NCBI GenBank assembly: GCA_005223125.1 | Contig: NJBH01000002.1 | Coordinates: 171,950 to 235,949 of the forward strand | DNA from: Promethearchaeota archaeon Loki_b32 | GTDB taxonomy: Archaea > Asgardarchaeota > Lokiarchaeia > Sigyniarchaeales > SOKP01 | Direction of reading: 5' to 3' | Length of the DNA: 64,000 bases | Part shown: piece by piece, positions 1 through 8,768 of the stretch | Layout: each line of letters starts with the position of its first letter | Position numbering within the stretch: the stretch's first letter is position 1 | Program-made: the position numbers and the translations under genes | The notes under the pieces: model-generated | The model's database searches: none | What the model saw: only the letters and a program-made list of their open reading frames with translations | What the model was told of the DNA's origin: nothing

Positions 1-1
1 A

Positions 2-484
2 TTGTATATCGACCAAGGGTGGGCTCGTGAAATAACGAAAGAAGAAGCCCTGAATATTTTAGATAAAAATGAAGAAACGGGCTTAGTACTCCAGTTTGGT
101 AATGCTCAACGTCCTGGCTTTATATGCAGTTGCTGTGGATGCTGTTGTGGATTATTGAGAGATTTTAAAAAAATAAACAATCCAGCAAGACTTATGAAAA
201 CTAATTATTATGTTGAGATTGACTCTGATTTATGTGTTGGTTGTGGAATATGTGTAGATCGATGTCAAATGGGCGCTTTAACTCTCATTGATAATATCTC
301 AACTGTTAATCGAAAAAAATGCTTAGGGTGCGGTCTCTGCGTTGTAACTTGTTCTGCAGAAGCAATTGAATTAAAGAATAAGAAAAAAGAAATAAATCCT
401 CCAGAATCAACTGATGATTTAAATGCTATGATTCTAAATAAAAAAAAAGAATTAATAGAGAAATACAACAAATCAAAAAGGTAG
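2..484 (+). CDS. 4Fe-4S dicluster (ferredoxin-domain) protein, 5'-truncated by window edge
   Basis: ICSCCGCCCG cluster followed by two CxxCxxCxxxC motifs (CVGCGICVDRC, CLGCGLCVVTC). Confidence 0.85.
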   Translation: MYIDQGWAREITKEEALNILDKNEETGLVLQFGNAQRPGFICSCCGCCCGLLRDFKKINNPARLMKTNYYVEIDSDLCVGCGICVDRCQMGALTLIDNISTVNRKKCLGCGLCVVTCSAEAIELKNKKKEINPPESTDDLNAMILNKKKELIEKYNKSKR

Positions 485-496
485 ATTGAAGAAAAA

Positions 497-1024
497 TTAG
501 AGCACTGTAAGTAGGCTATCAATATCAAGCCAACCTTTTAAAGCGTGAATTATTTTTCTTTGTTCATCTACAACGAATTGTCCCGGTCCTTGCTTTTCCC
601 AACCTTCATATTCTCCATGTTCAATACCTAATTTCGTCGCTTCTTTCAATTTAGATCTCACTTTAGTGAACGCTCCAGCAGTCATCAATCCAAGTCCATA
701 TTCCTTATATAATTCATCTTTAGAACTTGGAATAACAGGAAAATCAATATTTTCTTTTTGAATATATTCATGTGCTACTTTTTCACCTGATTGAGTAATG
801 TATAAGATCTTTGCTCCCTTGTCTTCAATCTCCGACTTTCGCTTCATTAAAATGGAGAGATCCAACAAACATATAGGGCATCCAAAGTATCTTGAAAATA
901 TTAAAACAACTTTCTGTCCTTTAAATTCTGCTAAATCGACTGAACCGGTATTGTAAGAATCCAATTTAAATAAAGGGGCTTCATCTCCTTCTTTTAAGTC
1001 ATTCTTTCCCATAATTTCCCACAT
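497..1024 (-). CDS. AhpC/TSA (redoxin) family thioredoxin-fold protein
   Basis: LKEGDEAPLFKL N-terminus, FSRYFGCPIC CxxC motif, PGQFVVD C-terminal motif. Confidence 0.8.
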   Translation of the reverse strand: MWEIMGKNDLKEGDEAPLFKLDSYNTGSVDLAEFKGQKVVLIFSRYFGCPICLLDLSILMKRKSEIEDKGAKILYITQSGEKVAHEYIQKENIDFPVIPSSKDELYKEYGLGLMTAGAFTKVRSKLKEATKLGIEHGEYEGWEKQGPGQFVVDEQRKIIHALKGWLDIDSLLTVL

Positions 1025-1205
1025 CTCTTAATTTATATATATATTTCAAATTATTGGTTTCATAAAAGATTTATAATAAAATTTAGAGCGATAAAATTTC
1101 TTAATTAATTATAATCAATTAATTTTAATAATGTAAGCTCAATAAATAACATAAGAAGAAATTACAATATAATCAAAATTACAATTTAAATTAAAATCGA
1201 TATAA

Positions 1206-2009
1206 TTGGTGAAAATTATGGTAAAAAAGGAATATGTTTGTGAGAAAGGTAAGAAATCCAGTATTATTATTGATGATTTGACAGTTGAAATTAAAGAAGG
1301 AGCAACCTTCGTTTTAGGTTTTGCCGGAATTGGCCTAATAGGTCCTATTGTTGCTAATACACTTATTGAACAACTTACAGATATAAAAGAAATAGGTTTT
1401 ATTACTTCAGAGTATCTCCCCCCTATCTCAGTCTTTTATGCAGGTGTTTTAAAGCATCCCTTCAGATTGCTTTATTCTCTAAAAAATAACTTGATTGTTG
1501 GTATTTGTGAGGTACCATTTCAGATTCCAAATGCTTACAACGACCTAAGTAAAACAATTTGTAATTGGGCTTTATCTGAGGATGTTAAAGCAAAAGAAAT
1601 CGTGATTTTTCAAGGAATCCCCCAGAGAGGTATAATTGATGAATATCCAGTTTATTATGCTGCTGAAGAAGTGATGATGGACCATCTTGAAAAATTCGGG
1701 ATTACAAAAGTTGAGAAAGGGATCATCGTGGGTCCTGAAGCGACCGTTTTAAATGAAGCACTAACTAATAAATTACATGCTTATGCATTATTTACTCCTG
1801 TATTAGAAATCCCTACTCCAGAAGGGGCTGCCAGTATTTTAGAAGTACTAAATAAAATGTATGAATTAACAATTGACACAGCATCTCTTATCGAACAAGG
1901 AAAGGAAATTAAGTCTAAAATGCTAGAATTAGCCCAGAAAGCTCAACAATATCAAAAACAACAACAATTACCCGGAACTGGCAAAGAATACACAGGCTAT
2001 TTCCAATAG
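1206..2009 (+). CDS. Proteasome assembly chaperone 2 (PAC2/PbaA-B) family protein
   Basis: GFAGIGLIGPIVANTLIEQL, LPP, PTPEGAASILEVL, IDTASLIEQGKEI signatures; C-terminus GYFQ. Confidence 0.85.
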   Translation: MVKIMVKKEYVCEKGKKSSIIIDDLTVEIKEGATFVLGFAGIGLIGPIVANTLIEQLTDIKEIGFITSEYLPPISVFYAGVLKHPFRLLYSLKNNLIVGICEVPFQIPNAYNDLSKTICNWALSEDVKAKEIVIFQGIPQRGIIDEYPVYYAAEEVMMDHLEKFGITKVEKGIIVGPEATVLNEALTNKLHAYALFTPVLEIPTPEGAASILEVLNKMYELTIDTASLIEQGKEIKSKMLELAQKAQQYQKQQQLPGTGKEYTGYFQ

Positions 2010-2210
2010 AATAGATAATTATTGTATTTATTTTTAAATTCTCTAACTACTTTTTTATTAATTTTTATACTAGTATAAAAGAAACAATTAAATCTCACTC
2101 GTCTATAAAAATTGATAATCTATTAAAATTACATTTATAATTCACCTTTATTTAGATAAATTGAATCAAAATATAGCAAAGGATAATAATTGTATCTGAG
2201 GTAATTTACA

Positions 2211-2651
2211 ATTAAAGAAAAATTTGTACCTGTTCAAATTAATCAAGAATTATGTCTAAGATGTGAGCGATGTCTTCGAGCATGTAAAGCTAAAGCAATA
2301 TATTTCGAACATGGAATTAGAAAAGTTGATTACACTAAATGTAAAGCTTGTTTAAGTTGCGTTCAAGTATGTCCAAGGAATGCAATAGAGGTAACTTCTA
2401 TAACAAGTCCAGATCAAATTATTAGTATCAAAATAGATCATGAGAAATGTAATATGTGCGAGCAGTGTCTAGATGAGAATGGAAAATTCTCTCCTAAAAA
2501 TCTTTTTTATAAAGATATCGTGAAAAAAGTAGGAAGAGAGGAAGAAGGAATCAGGTATAAGTTTAGGGAAATTGTAAAATGTCAAGGATGCTTAAAGTGT
2601 GAATTATCTTGTCCAGAAGGAGCTATTAAGCCCGTGAAACTTGAAAATTAA
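2211..2651 (+). CDS. Polyferredoxin (4Fe-4S binding protein); extends 5' of the ORF-track call and probably starts at ATT
   Basis: Frame is open from 2205 (TAA at 2202-2204) and encodes CLRCERCLRAC and CKACLSCVQVCP upstream of the tracked ATG 2454, then CNMCEQC and CQGCLKCELSCP; GAGGT at 2198-2202 precedes ATT 2211. Confidence 0.8.
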   Translation: MKEKFVPVQINQELCLRCERCLRACKAKAIYFEHGIRKVDYTKCKACLSCVQVCPRNAIEVTSITSPDQIISIKIDHEKCNMCEQCLDENGKFSPKNLFYKDIVKKVGREEEGIRYKFREIVKCQGCLKCELSCPEGAIKPVKLEN

Positions 2652-2666
2652 ATCCATAATGGAAAT

Positions 2667-3245
2667 TTAGCTTTTCTCTTTAATTTTTTGTAATATAAGT
2701 TGCTTAATCTCAGAAAATTTTGAAATTACAACAATCCCTTCCATTTGTTTTAATTTTTTAATATTTTCAAGCTCAATATCTCTTATCTTTAAAACTAAGG
2801 TGGAGCCATTGGGCCGAGAAGTTACAATAGGCTCAGTATCTTGATCAGATGGAAAAATATAGACTGTCTGCCCACCTTTAATGGCTTGAGCTACACAATT
2901 TGTTATTAAAGTGTCAGCAATACCACAAACAATTTTAGCTACACTATTAGCAGAAACAGGACAGGCTAAAAACAGATCGTAATTTCCAAGTTGTAGAGGT
3001 CCTGCATAAAATGGAATATTAGGAGTTTTTTCTACTTTGACCTTTTTAACGGTTTCAGTCAATAGGAGCCATTTCTTATACCATTTAACAACTGCAGCGC
3101 CCTCTTTAGATAAAATTACAGTTATATCGATGTCATAATTATCTTGTAATTCTTTCATTAAATCAATTGATTCTCGCATTAAATACCCAGTTCCTGTTAT
3201 ACCCCAAATAAGTTTCATATCCTTCTGATCACCGTTCTTCTTCAT
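2667..3245 (-). CDS. afpA: Archaeoflavoprotein AfpA / dihydromethanopterin reductase-like flavoprotein
   Basis: KLIWGITGTG, PVSANSVAKIVCGIADTLITN, FPSD motifs of the HFCD/AfpA family; real start probably at MKLIWG. Confidence 0.75.
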   Translation of the reverse strand: MKKNGDQKDMKLIWGITGTGYLMRESIDLMKELQDNYDIDITVILSKEGAAVVKWYKKWLLLTETVKKVKVEKTPNIPFYAGPLQLGNYDLFLACPVSANSVAKIVCGIADTLITNCVAQAIKGGQTVYIFPSDQDTEPIVTSRPNGSTLVLKIRDIELENIKKLKQMEGIVVISKFSEIKQLILQKIKEKS

Positions 3246-3741
3246 ATAATCTTGGCAAAAATTCAGTAAAATATCCTATTTCTTCGATATTATGCTTTTT
3301 CAAATCTTCAATGAATGAATTTGGGACTTGAGCAGGTAAACGAAATGTTGATCGTAAGAAGGTTCCATTAGGAATTGATTGATATTCATGTAAAATCCAA
3401 CTAATAGGGTTATCTTTATTATTTAAAACACTTGCTGCATTTTTATGGTTAAACTCAGCCTTTATAGGTATTGAGTCAGGATTTTCCCATCGAATTCTTA
3501 ATGTTGTTGGTCTTCCTTCGATTATTTCAACAACACGATGTATTGCTCCCATATGGCCCTTCGCACTTTCAGGAGAGACTTCCCATTCAAATGATTTATG
3601 GTCTTTAGGATGCCATAATCTATAGCGTTCTGAATTATCAATATGATCCCACCACCAATCAATCATTTCAGGAGAAACTCTAGAGAGTTCATGTTCTACG
3701 ATTAGATCAATAGTTTCATTATTTGATTTTTTTTTATTCAT
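3229..3741 (-). CDS. DAPG hydrolase (PhlG)-like, Bet v1/START-fold protein
   Basis: SPEMIDWWW...RYRLWHPKDH, LRSTF, H..EE...EFLPRLY motifs. Confidence 0.7.
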   Translation of the reverse strand: MNKKKSNNETIDLIVEHELSRVSPEMIDWWWDHIDNSERYRLWHPKDHKSFEWEVSPESAKGHMGAIHRVVEIIEGRPTTLRIRWENPDSIPIKAEFNHKNAASVLNNKDNPISWILHEYQSIPNGTFLRSTFRLPAQVPNSFIEDLKKHNIEEIGYFTEFLPRLYEEER

Positions 3742-3894
3742 TTTTATTATTCGATTAGCGATTTTAGAAGTTAAAATTATTCCTAATTTATGAAAAATTA
3801 GCCTTATTTATAAAATCTAATGAAAAGAATTAATAATTTAAGCATGATAATTATTTAATTAGGATATTCTAATATTATAATTTTTAGATTTAAT

Positions 3895-5118
3895 ATGAAT
3901 GATTCGAAATATATTTACCTTGATAATGCTGCAACAACTCCAATGGACCCCCGAGTTATAGAGGAGGTAAATAAACATTTTAAAGAAACCTATGGAAATA
4001 CCTCAAGCCTACACTCAGTGGGACAAAAAGCGGGGCAAGTATTGTTGAAATCTCGTGAAATAATTGCTTCATTAATCAATGCTCATAGAGATGATATTTT
4101 CTTTACCTCTTCAGGAACAGAAGCGGATAATATGGCGATTTTTGGAGTTGTTTCAAGAAATAAAAAAAGAGGAAATCATATAATTACAACTTCAATTGAG
4201 CACCATGCAGTAGAAAACCCATATAAAGAATCAGAGAAAACTGGAATTGAAGTTACTTTTCTACCGGTCGATAAATATGGTTTAATTGAAATTAAAGACT
4301 TAGAGAATGCCATTACTGACAAAACCATATTAATTAGTATTATGTTTGCCAATAATGAAATTGGGACAATTGAGCCAATAAAAGAGATTGGAGCTATTGC
4401 GAAAAAACATGATATTATTTTTCACACCGATGCAGTTCAAGCTTTCGGAAAAGTTCCAATTGATGTAAATGAAATGAATATTGATCTGTTATCCGCTTCA
4501 GCTCATAAACTTTATGGCCCAAAAGGAGTAGGGATGCTATATATTCGCAATAAAGGTGTAAGAGAAGGATGGGGTAAATTTATGGACCCTCTTATGTATG
4601 GTGGTGGTCATGAAAGAGATATGAGACCAAGTACGGTAAATGTTCCCGGAATAGCGGGTTTTGCAAAAGCAGTAGAACTTGCTAAAGAAGAAATGGAAGA
4701 GGAATCTCTAAGACATATAAAATTAAGAGACAAAATTATAAAATGGGTAACAGAAAACATTGAAGATACATATTTGAATGGACATCCTACTCAAAGACTC
4801 CCAAATAACGTAAACCTCGGATTTAAATATATTGAAGGTGAATCAATTGTATTAGATTTAGATATGGAAGGAATAGCTACTTCAACGGGATCGGCTTGTT
4901 CTTCAAAAACCCTAGATCCTTCACATGTACTATTAGCAATCGGATTAAAACCAGAAGAAGCGCATGGTTCATTGAGAGTTTCTTTAGGAAGATTTACAAC
5001 TGATGAAGATATTGATTATTTCCTTGAAAAATTGCCCCCAATAATAGAGAGACTTAGAAAAATGTCACCTCTTAAAAAGGGTGTAAAGTATATGTTTAAT
5101 AATAAGGAACATAAATAA
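3895..5118 (+). CDS. iscS: Cysteine desulfurase
   Basis: YLDNAATTP, FTSSGTEADN, HTDAVQ, SAHKLYGPKG (PLP lysine), STGSACSS catalytic Cys. Confidence 0.96.
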   Translation: MNDSKYIYLDNAATTPMDPRVIEEVNKHFKETYGNTSSLHSVGQKAGQVLLKSREIIASLINAHRDDIFFTSSGTEADNMAIFGVVSRNKKRGNHIITTSIEHHAVENPYKESEKTGIEVTFLPVDKYGLIEIKDLENAITDKTILISIMFANNEIGTIEPIKEIGAIAKKHDIIFHTDAVQAFGKVPIDVNEMNIDLLSASAHKLYGPKGVGMLYIRNKGVREGWGKFMDPLMYGGGHERDMRPSTVNVPGIAGFAKAVELAKEEMEEESLRHIKLRDKIIKWVTENIEDTYLNGHPTQRLPNNVNLGFKYIEGESIVLDLDMEGIATSTGSACSSKTLDPSHVLLAIGLKPEEAHGSLRVSLGRFTTDEDIDYFLEKLPPIIERLRKMSPLKKGVKYMFNNKEHK

Positions 5119-5299
5119 CATCCTCATTAAGATTCATTTATTTGCTTAAGAGGAATTATCCCCGGTTTATTTTGATTCGTATTTCCTAATCCAAAATATA
5201 ATTTTGTTATAAGTTTAATATAAGAAATTAATTTTTATTTTTTATATCAAACACAATTATTAATAATTTTTAATTTATGTAAAAGGTTAGATTTTACTT

Positions 5300-5962
5300 A
5301 TGGACGATCAAAAAAAGCTCGCAATTGTAATATTAATAGGCGGAAAAAACATCCGCTTTGGAAACGAATCTGCTGCTGTTTTAGATGTACTCGGAAAACC
5401 GCTAATTTTACACCAAATAGAAACGCTTTCTAAATTTGACGAAGATGTTTTTTTGGTTGCTAACTCAGAATATCAGATTAATTCCTATTATAGGGAGATT
5501 AATTTTCCAAGAGACATTAACTTCATCGTTGATGATACAGAAATTATCGGGGAATCTGATGTAAGAACTCCAATGTTAGGTATATATTCTGGTTTCAAAG
5601 AACTAAATATTTTAGGTTTTGAAAAGGGCTTTCTATTATCGGGCGATATGCCTTTAATCAAACCTGAAGTGATCGAATTATTGATTAAAGAAGTCGAAGG
5701 ATACGATTGTTGTATTCCAAGATGGAATAATGGATTTTTGGAGCCATTATTCGCTATCTATCCTGTTGAAAAAACGTATGAACTTGCGAAAAAAACAATT
5801 CAAGAAAAAAATTATTCTTTAAATAGTATAATCGATAAAACTTGGAACATAAATTACATATCAGTTGAAGAATCGATAAAACCGTTAGATCAAAATTTAA
5901 TCGGCTTAATAAACATAAACGGACCAATCGATCTTGAGAAAGTAATCAAATTATACCAGTAA
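5300..5962 (+). CDS. mobA: Molybdenum cofactor guanylyltransferase MobA-like nucleotidyltransferase
   Basis: ILIGGKNIRFG, PMLGIYSG, SGDMPLI, EPLFAIY, NINGPIDL. Confidence 0.75.
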   Translation: MDDQKKLAIVILIGGKNIRFGNESAAVLDVLGKPLILHQIETLSKFDEDVFLVANSEYQINSYYREINFPRDINFIVDDTEIIGESDVRTPMLGIYSGFKELNILGFEKGFLLSGDMPLIKPEVIELLIKEVEGYDCCIPRWNNGFLEPLFAIYPVEKTYELAKKTIQEKNYSLNSIIDKTWNINYISVEESIKPLDQNLIGLININGPIDLEKVIKLYQ

Positions 5963-6041
5963 CTTTAATTTTTTCTTATTATCATTCTCTATTTTTTTTG
6001 CATCTTAATTTTTCTCAATAAACCTTATACTCTAAAAAAAA

Positions 6042-8357
6042 TTGTTTAACTTAATGGATAAAGAGGAATTTAAATTTTCAGATAAAAAAATTCCAATTGA
6101 AAGAAAAGATGAAATAGATTCTTCCTACAAAATTAAATCTTATAACTTGAAACTAAAATTTATGGAAGAAAGGAAAATTCCTCAAAGAGAAATTAAAGAT
6201 CTGCTTAATCATTTTTTTAATACTACTAAAGTTATCTCAAGAAAAACTAAAAACTCAATATCTAAAATAATTTACTCTCAAAAAGATAGAATCTTAATTG
6301 TGATTACTCCTTTGGGTAAAGATATTATTGTTAATCGAGATAGATTAAGTAGAGATTATGGATGGTTCTTTTTCATAGAAAAACCTAAAAAAAAGGAAAA
6401 AGATTTAAAAAAGAAGAAACCAAAAAAAAAAGAAGAAAGGAAAGAAGAGAAAACATTAAGTACGGAAGACTTTCCTTTTGATGATTCAATTGTTCCGTTA
6501 AAAGAAAAAATAAATATGCGTTCGTTATATCGTACAAAAGAATATGATCATTACTTGAAATTGATTAAATCTGGAGATATATCTCAATTACCTGTGAAAG
6601 ATGTCCTAAATGACTTATTCTTTAAAGATGAGACCATTCCCCTTGAAGAAAAAAAGGGAATTAGAAAAATCATATATTATCAAAAAGAAAAGGTCATTGT
6701 CATAAAGTCTCTTATAGGAGATGAACTATATGAAAATTTAGAAAGATTAGTTAAAAAGTACGGTTGGTATTTTTACATTACTGGAGTTCCAGTAGGGAAA
6801 AGTGAACTTTGTATCGCAATTGATAAAGTTGAAAAGAGATTTGAATTGGATTACTTTAAAAATATATCTCTTGCGGAAGATTCAAATAATTCTAGTGATA
6901 TAAGAGTAACAATTTATCCAATCGTCCTGAAACCTAACCATAATTGCCACATTCTAGGTTTAGGGAATCTTAATATTTTATTGGATTGCGGACTTTCGGA
7001 GAAAGATGAAGAAAATGAAATTGAAGGAGATTTTAGGCATATTGAAGATTATATGCTAAATTTACCGCAATATATTACCGAAGAAGAAAAAATTCGAAAA
7101 GAAATAGTTGATGAGGATTCAGATGAGGTGATCTTAGAAGAGATCCCAAAGAATCCAAAAATAGACGCTATATTTCTCAGTCATAGTCATTATGATCATG
7201 TTTCAGGACTTAAAGAACTAATTAAATTATATCCAGATACTCCACTTTTAAGTTCAAGAATAACATTAGATTTATATCTACTTAGAGATTCGAATTTCTT
7301 AAAACAAGAGACACATAATGAAATTGAAGAAGAAGAATACCAAAATATAGTTAAGAATATTATATATGTTGAAAATGGTACTAAAATCGAATTTAAAGAA
7401 AGAAATTGCTTTCTCTCATTTTTTCATGCTGGTCATATGCCTGGAGCATTGATGTTATTGGCAAAAATAAATGATTTTAAGTTTTTATACACAGGAGATT
7501 ATACTTATATCGATATAACTCCATTTGCGGGTACAAGACGATTTTTAGAACAAATTTCTCATCCTATTGATTATTTATTGATTGATGGTACAGCCGCTCA
7601 AGAAGATTTTGGCAATATTTCTGATCAATTTCATAGCCTAATTTTATTTTTAGAACAAAAAGCAGAATATGGGGATAATTCATTAATTGGAGCGGATCCT
7701 TCAAGTTTAGCCATAAGTTTTATGTTAACTTTTTGGAGATATTTTAGAAAGCAACAATTAAGGCGTGGTTTCAAAAAACGTCCAAATATTTATGTCGATA
7801 TGATGGTGAGGAGAAATATCCAAGTTATAAACCATCGCTATGAATATATCTATGGTCCAATTTCAAGACTAATTCGTGATAAAGCAAATCCATTTAATAG
7901 CATAAAATTTAGATGGTTTGATCATACTAATTTAAACTTTTTACGCAAGAAAAATAATATAATAATTTCCCATCCACCTGACCTTTCTTACGGATTAATA
8001 AGAAATATTATTAATGTTGTTGGACGAAATCCTCATAATTTTGTTTTTTTAGCAGGATCCATCCATGATCCTCCGGGTTCAGATCTACTAGAAGGTGCTG
8101 AAGAAATAGAATTTTCTGAGACATGGAAAATGCCATTTCGGGCATTATTACTCAATACATTTGCGCCTCACATTAAAATTAAACTCCATGCTGATAAAAA
8201 TCAGTTGCTGGAAATGATAAAAAACTTGGAGCCGAAAGAAGTTTGCTTTTTCCACCAATCAGCTAGAAAATTGGTAGAAGTAGTTGAATATGTACAAGAA
8301 TTGGGCGTTGATAAAGTCTCTTTACCTGTAAAAAGAAAGCTTAAAATATTGAATTAA
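6042..8357 (+). CDS. beta-CASP family metallo-beta-lactamase nuclease with duplicated N-terminal KH-like module
   Basis: LLDCG, HSHYDH, HAGHMPG, YTGD, IDGT, LHAD, FFHQ motifs; two ~65-aa repeats ending in YGWFFFI / YGWYFYI. Confidence 0.75.
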   Translation: MFNLMDKEEFKFSDKKIPIERKDEIDSSYKIKSYNLKLKFMEERKIPQREIKDLLNHFFNTTKVISRKTKNSISKIIYSQKDRILIVITPLGKDIIVNRDRLSRDYGWFFFIEKPKKKEKDLKKKKPKKKEERKEEKTLSTEDFPFDDSIVPLKEKINMRSLYRTKEYDHYLKLIKSGDISQLPVKDVLNDLFFKDETIPLEEKKGIRKIIYYQKEKVIVIKSLIGDELYENLERLVKKYGWYFYITGVPVGKSELCIAIDKVEKRFELDYFKNISLAEDSNNSSDIRVTIYPIVLKPNHNCHILGLGNLNILLDCGLSEKDEENEIEGDFRHIEDYMLNLPQYITEEEKIRKEIVDEDSDEVILEEIPKNPKIDAIFLSHSHYDHVSGLKELIKLYPDTPLLSSRITLDLYLLRDSNFLKQETHNEIEEEEYQNIVKNIIYVENGTKIEFKERNCFLSFFHAGHMPGALMLLAKINDFKFLYTGDYTYIDITPFAGTRRFLEQISHPIDYLLIDGTAAQEDFGNISDQFHSLILFLEQKAEYGDNSLIGADPSSLAISFMLTFWRYFRKQQLRRGFKKRPNIYVDMMVRRNIQVINHRYEYIYGPISRLIRDKANPFNSIKFRWFDHTNLNFLRKKNNIIISHPPDLSYGLIRNIINVVGRNPHNFVFLAGSIHDPPGSDLLEGAEEIEFSETWKMPFRALLLNTFAPHIKIKLHADKNQLLEMIKNLEPKEVCFFHQSARKLVEVVEYVQELGVDKVSLPVKRKLKILN

Positions 8358-8383
8358 GAATTTTTAAAAAAATAAATATTAGT

Positions 8384-8749
8384 TTATTCAGTAAAATCGC
8401 CTAGATCTTTTATAGCCATAAAATCACCCAAAAATGCTTTTTTTAGGAGTTCAGAAGCTTTTTCCCATAGATTCTCTAAAATATTTTGTACATTTATCAT
8501 ATCTTCCTTATTTTTAAATTCAATAGTAATTTTTTGAGATTCTTCATCTACATTTATATCCATTTGAATGTCTTCTGTTAAACCCCCAATTACTTTAAGC
8601 ATGTCTTTTACTTCACTCTCTTTACCTAATTCATCCTTTCTTTTTTTTTCTCCTTTAAAATCTAAACTAATTTTAAGTTTTATATCATCTATATTGATTG
8701 ATACCTGTTCTTTTAACATATTTTTTAATCCATCTATTATATTTTCCAT
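8384..8749 (-). CDS. Hypothetical protein (start at MENIIDG)
   Basis: GGAGGAGG upstream of ATG 8749 on the minus strand; the longer ORF-track start overlaps the upstream hydrolase gene. Confidence 0.65.
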   Translation of the reverse strand: MENIIDGLKNMLKEQVSINIDDIKLKISLDFKGEKKRKDELGKESEVKDMLKVIGGLTEDIQMDINVDEESQKITIEFKNKEDMINVQNILENLWEKASELLKKAFLGDFMAIKDLGDFTE

Positions 8750-8768
8750 ATTAAATCCTCCTCCTTCT

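Noticed and set aside
497-1024. Possible selenoprotein (redoxin family)
   Set aside because: The active site is encoded as CxxC with no in-frame TGA
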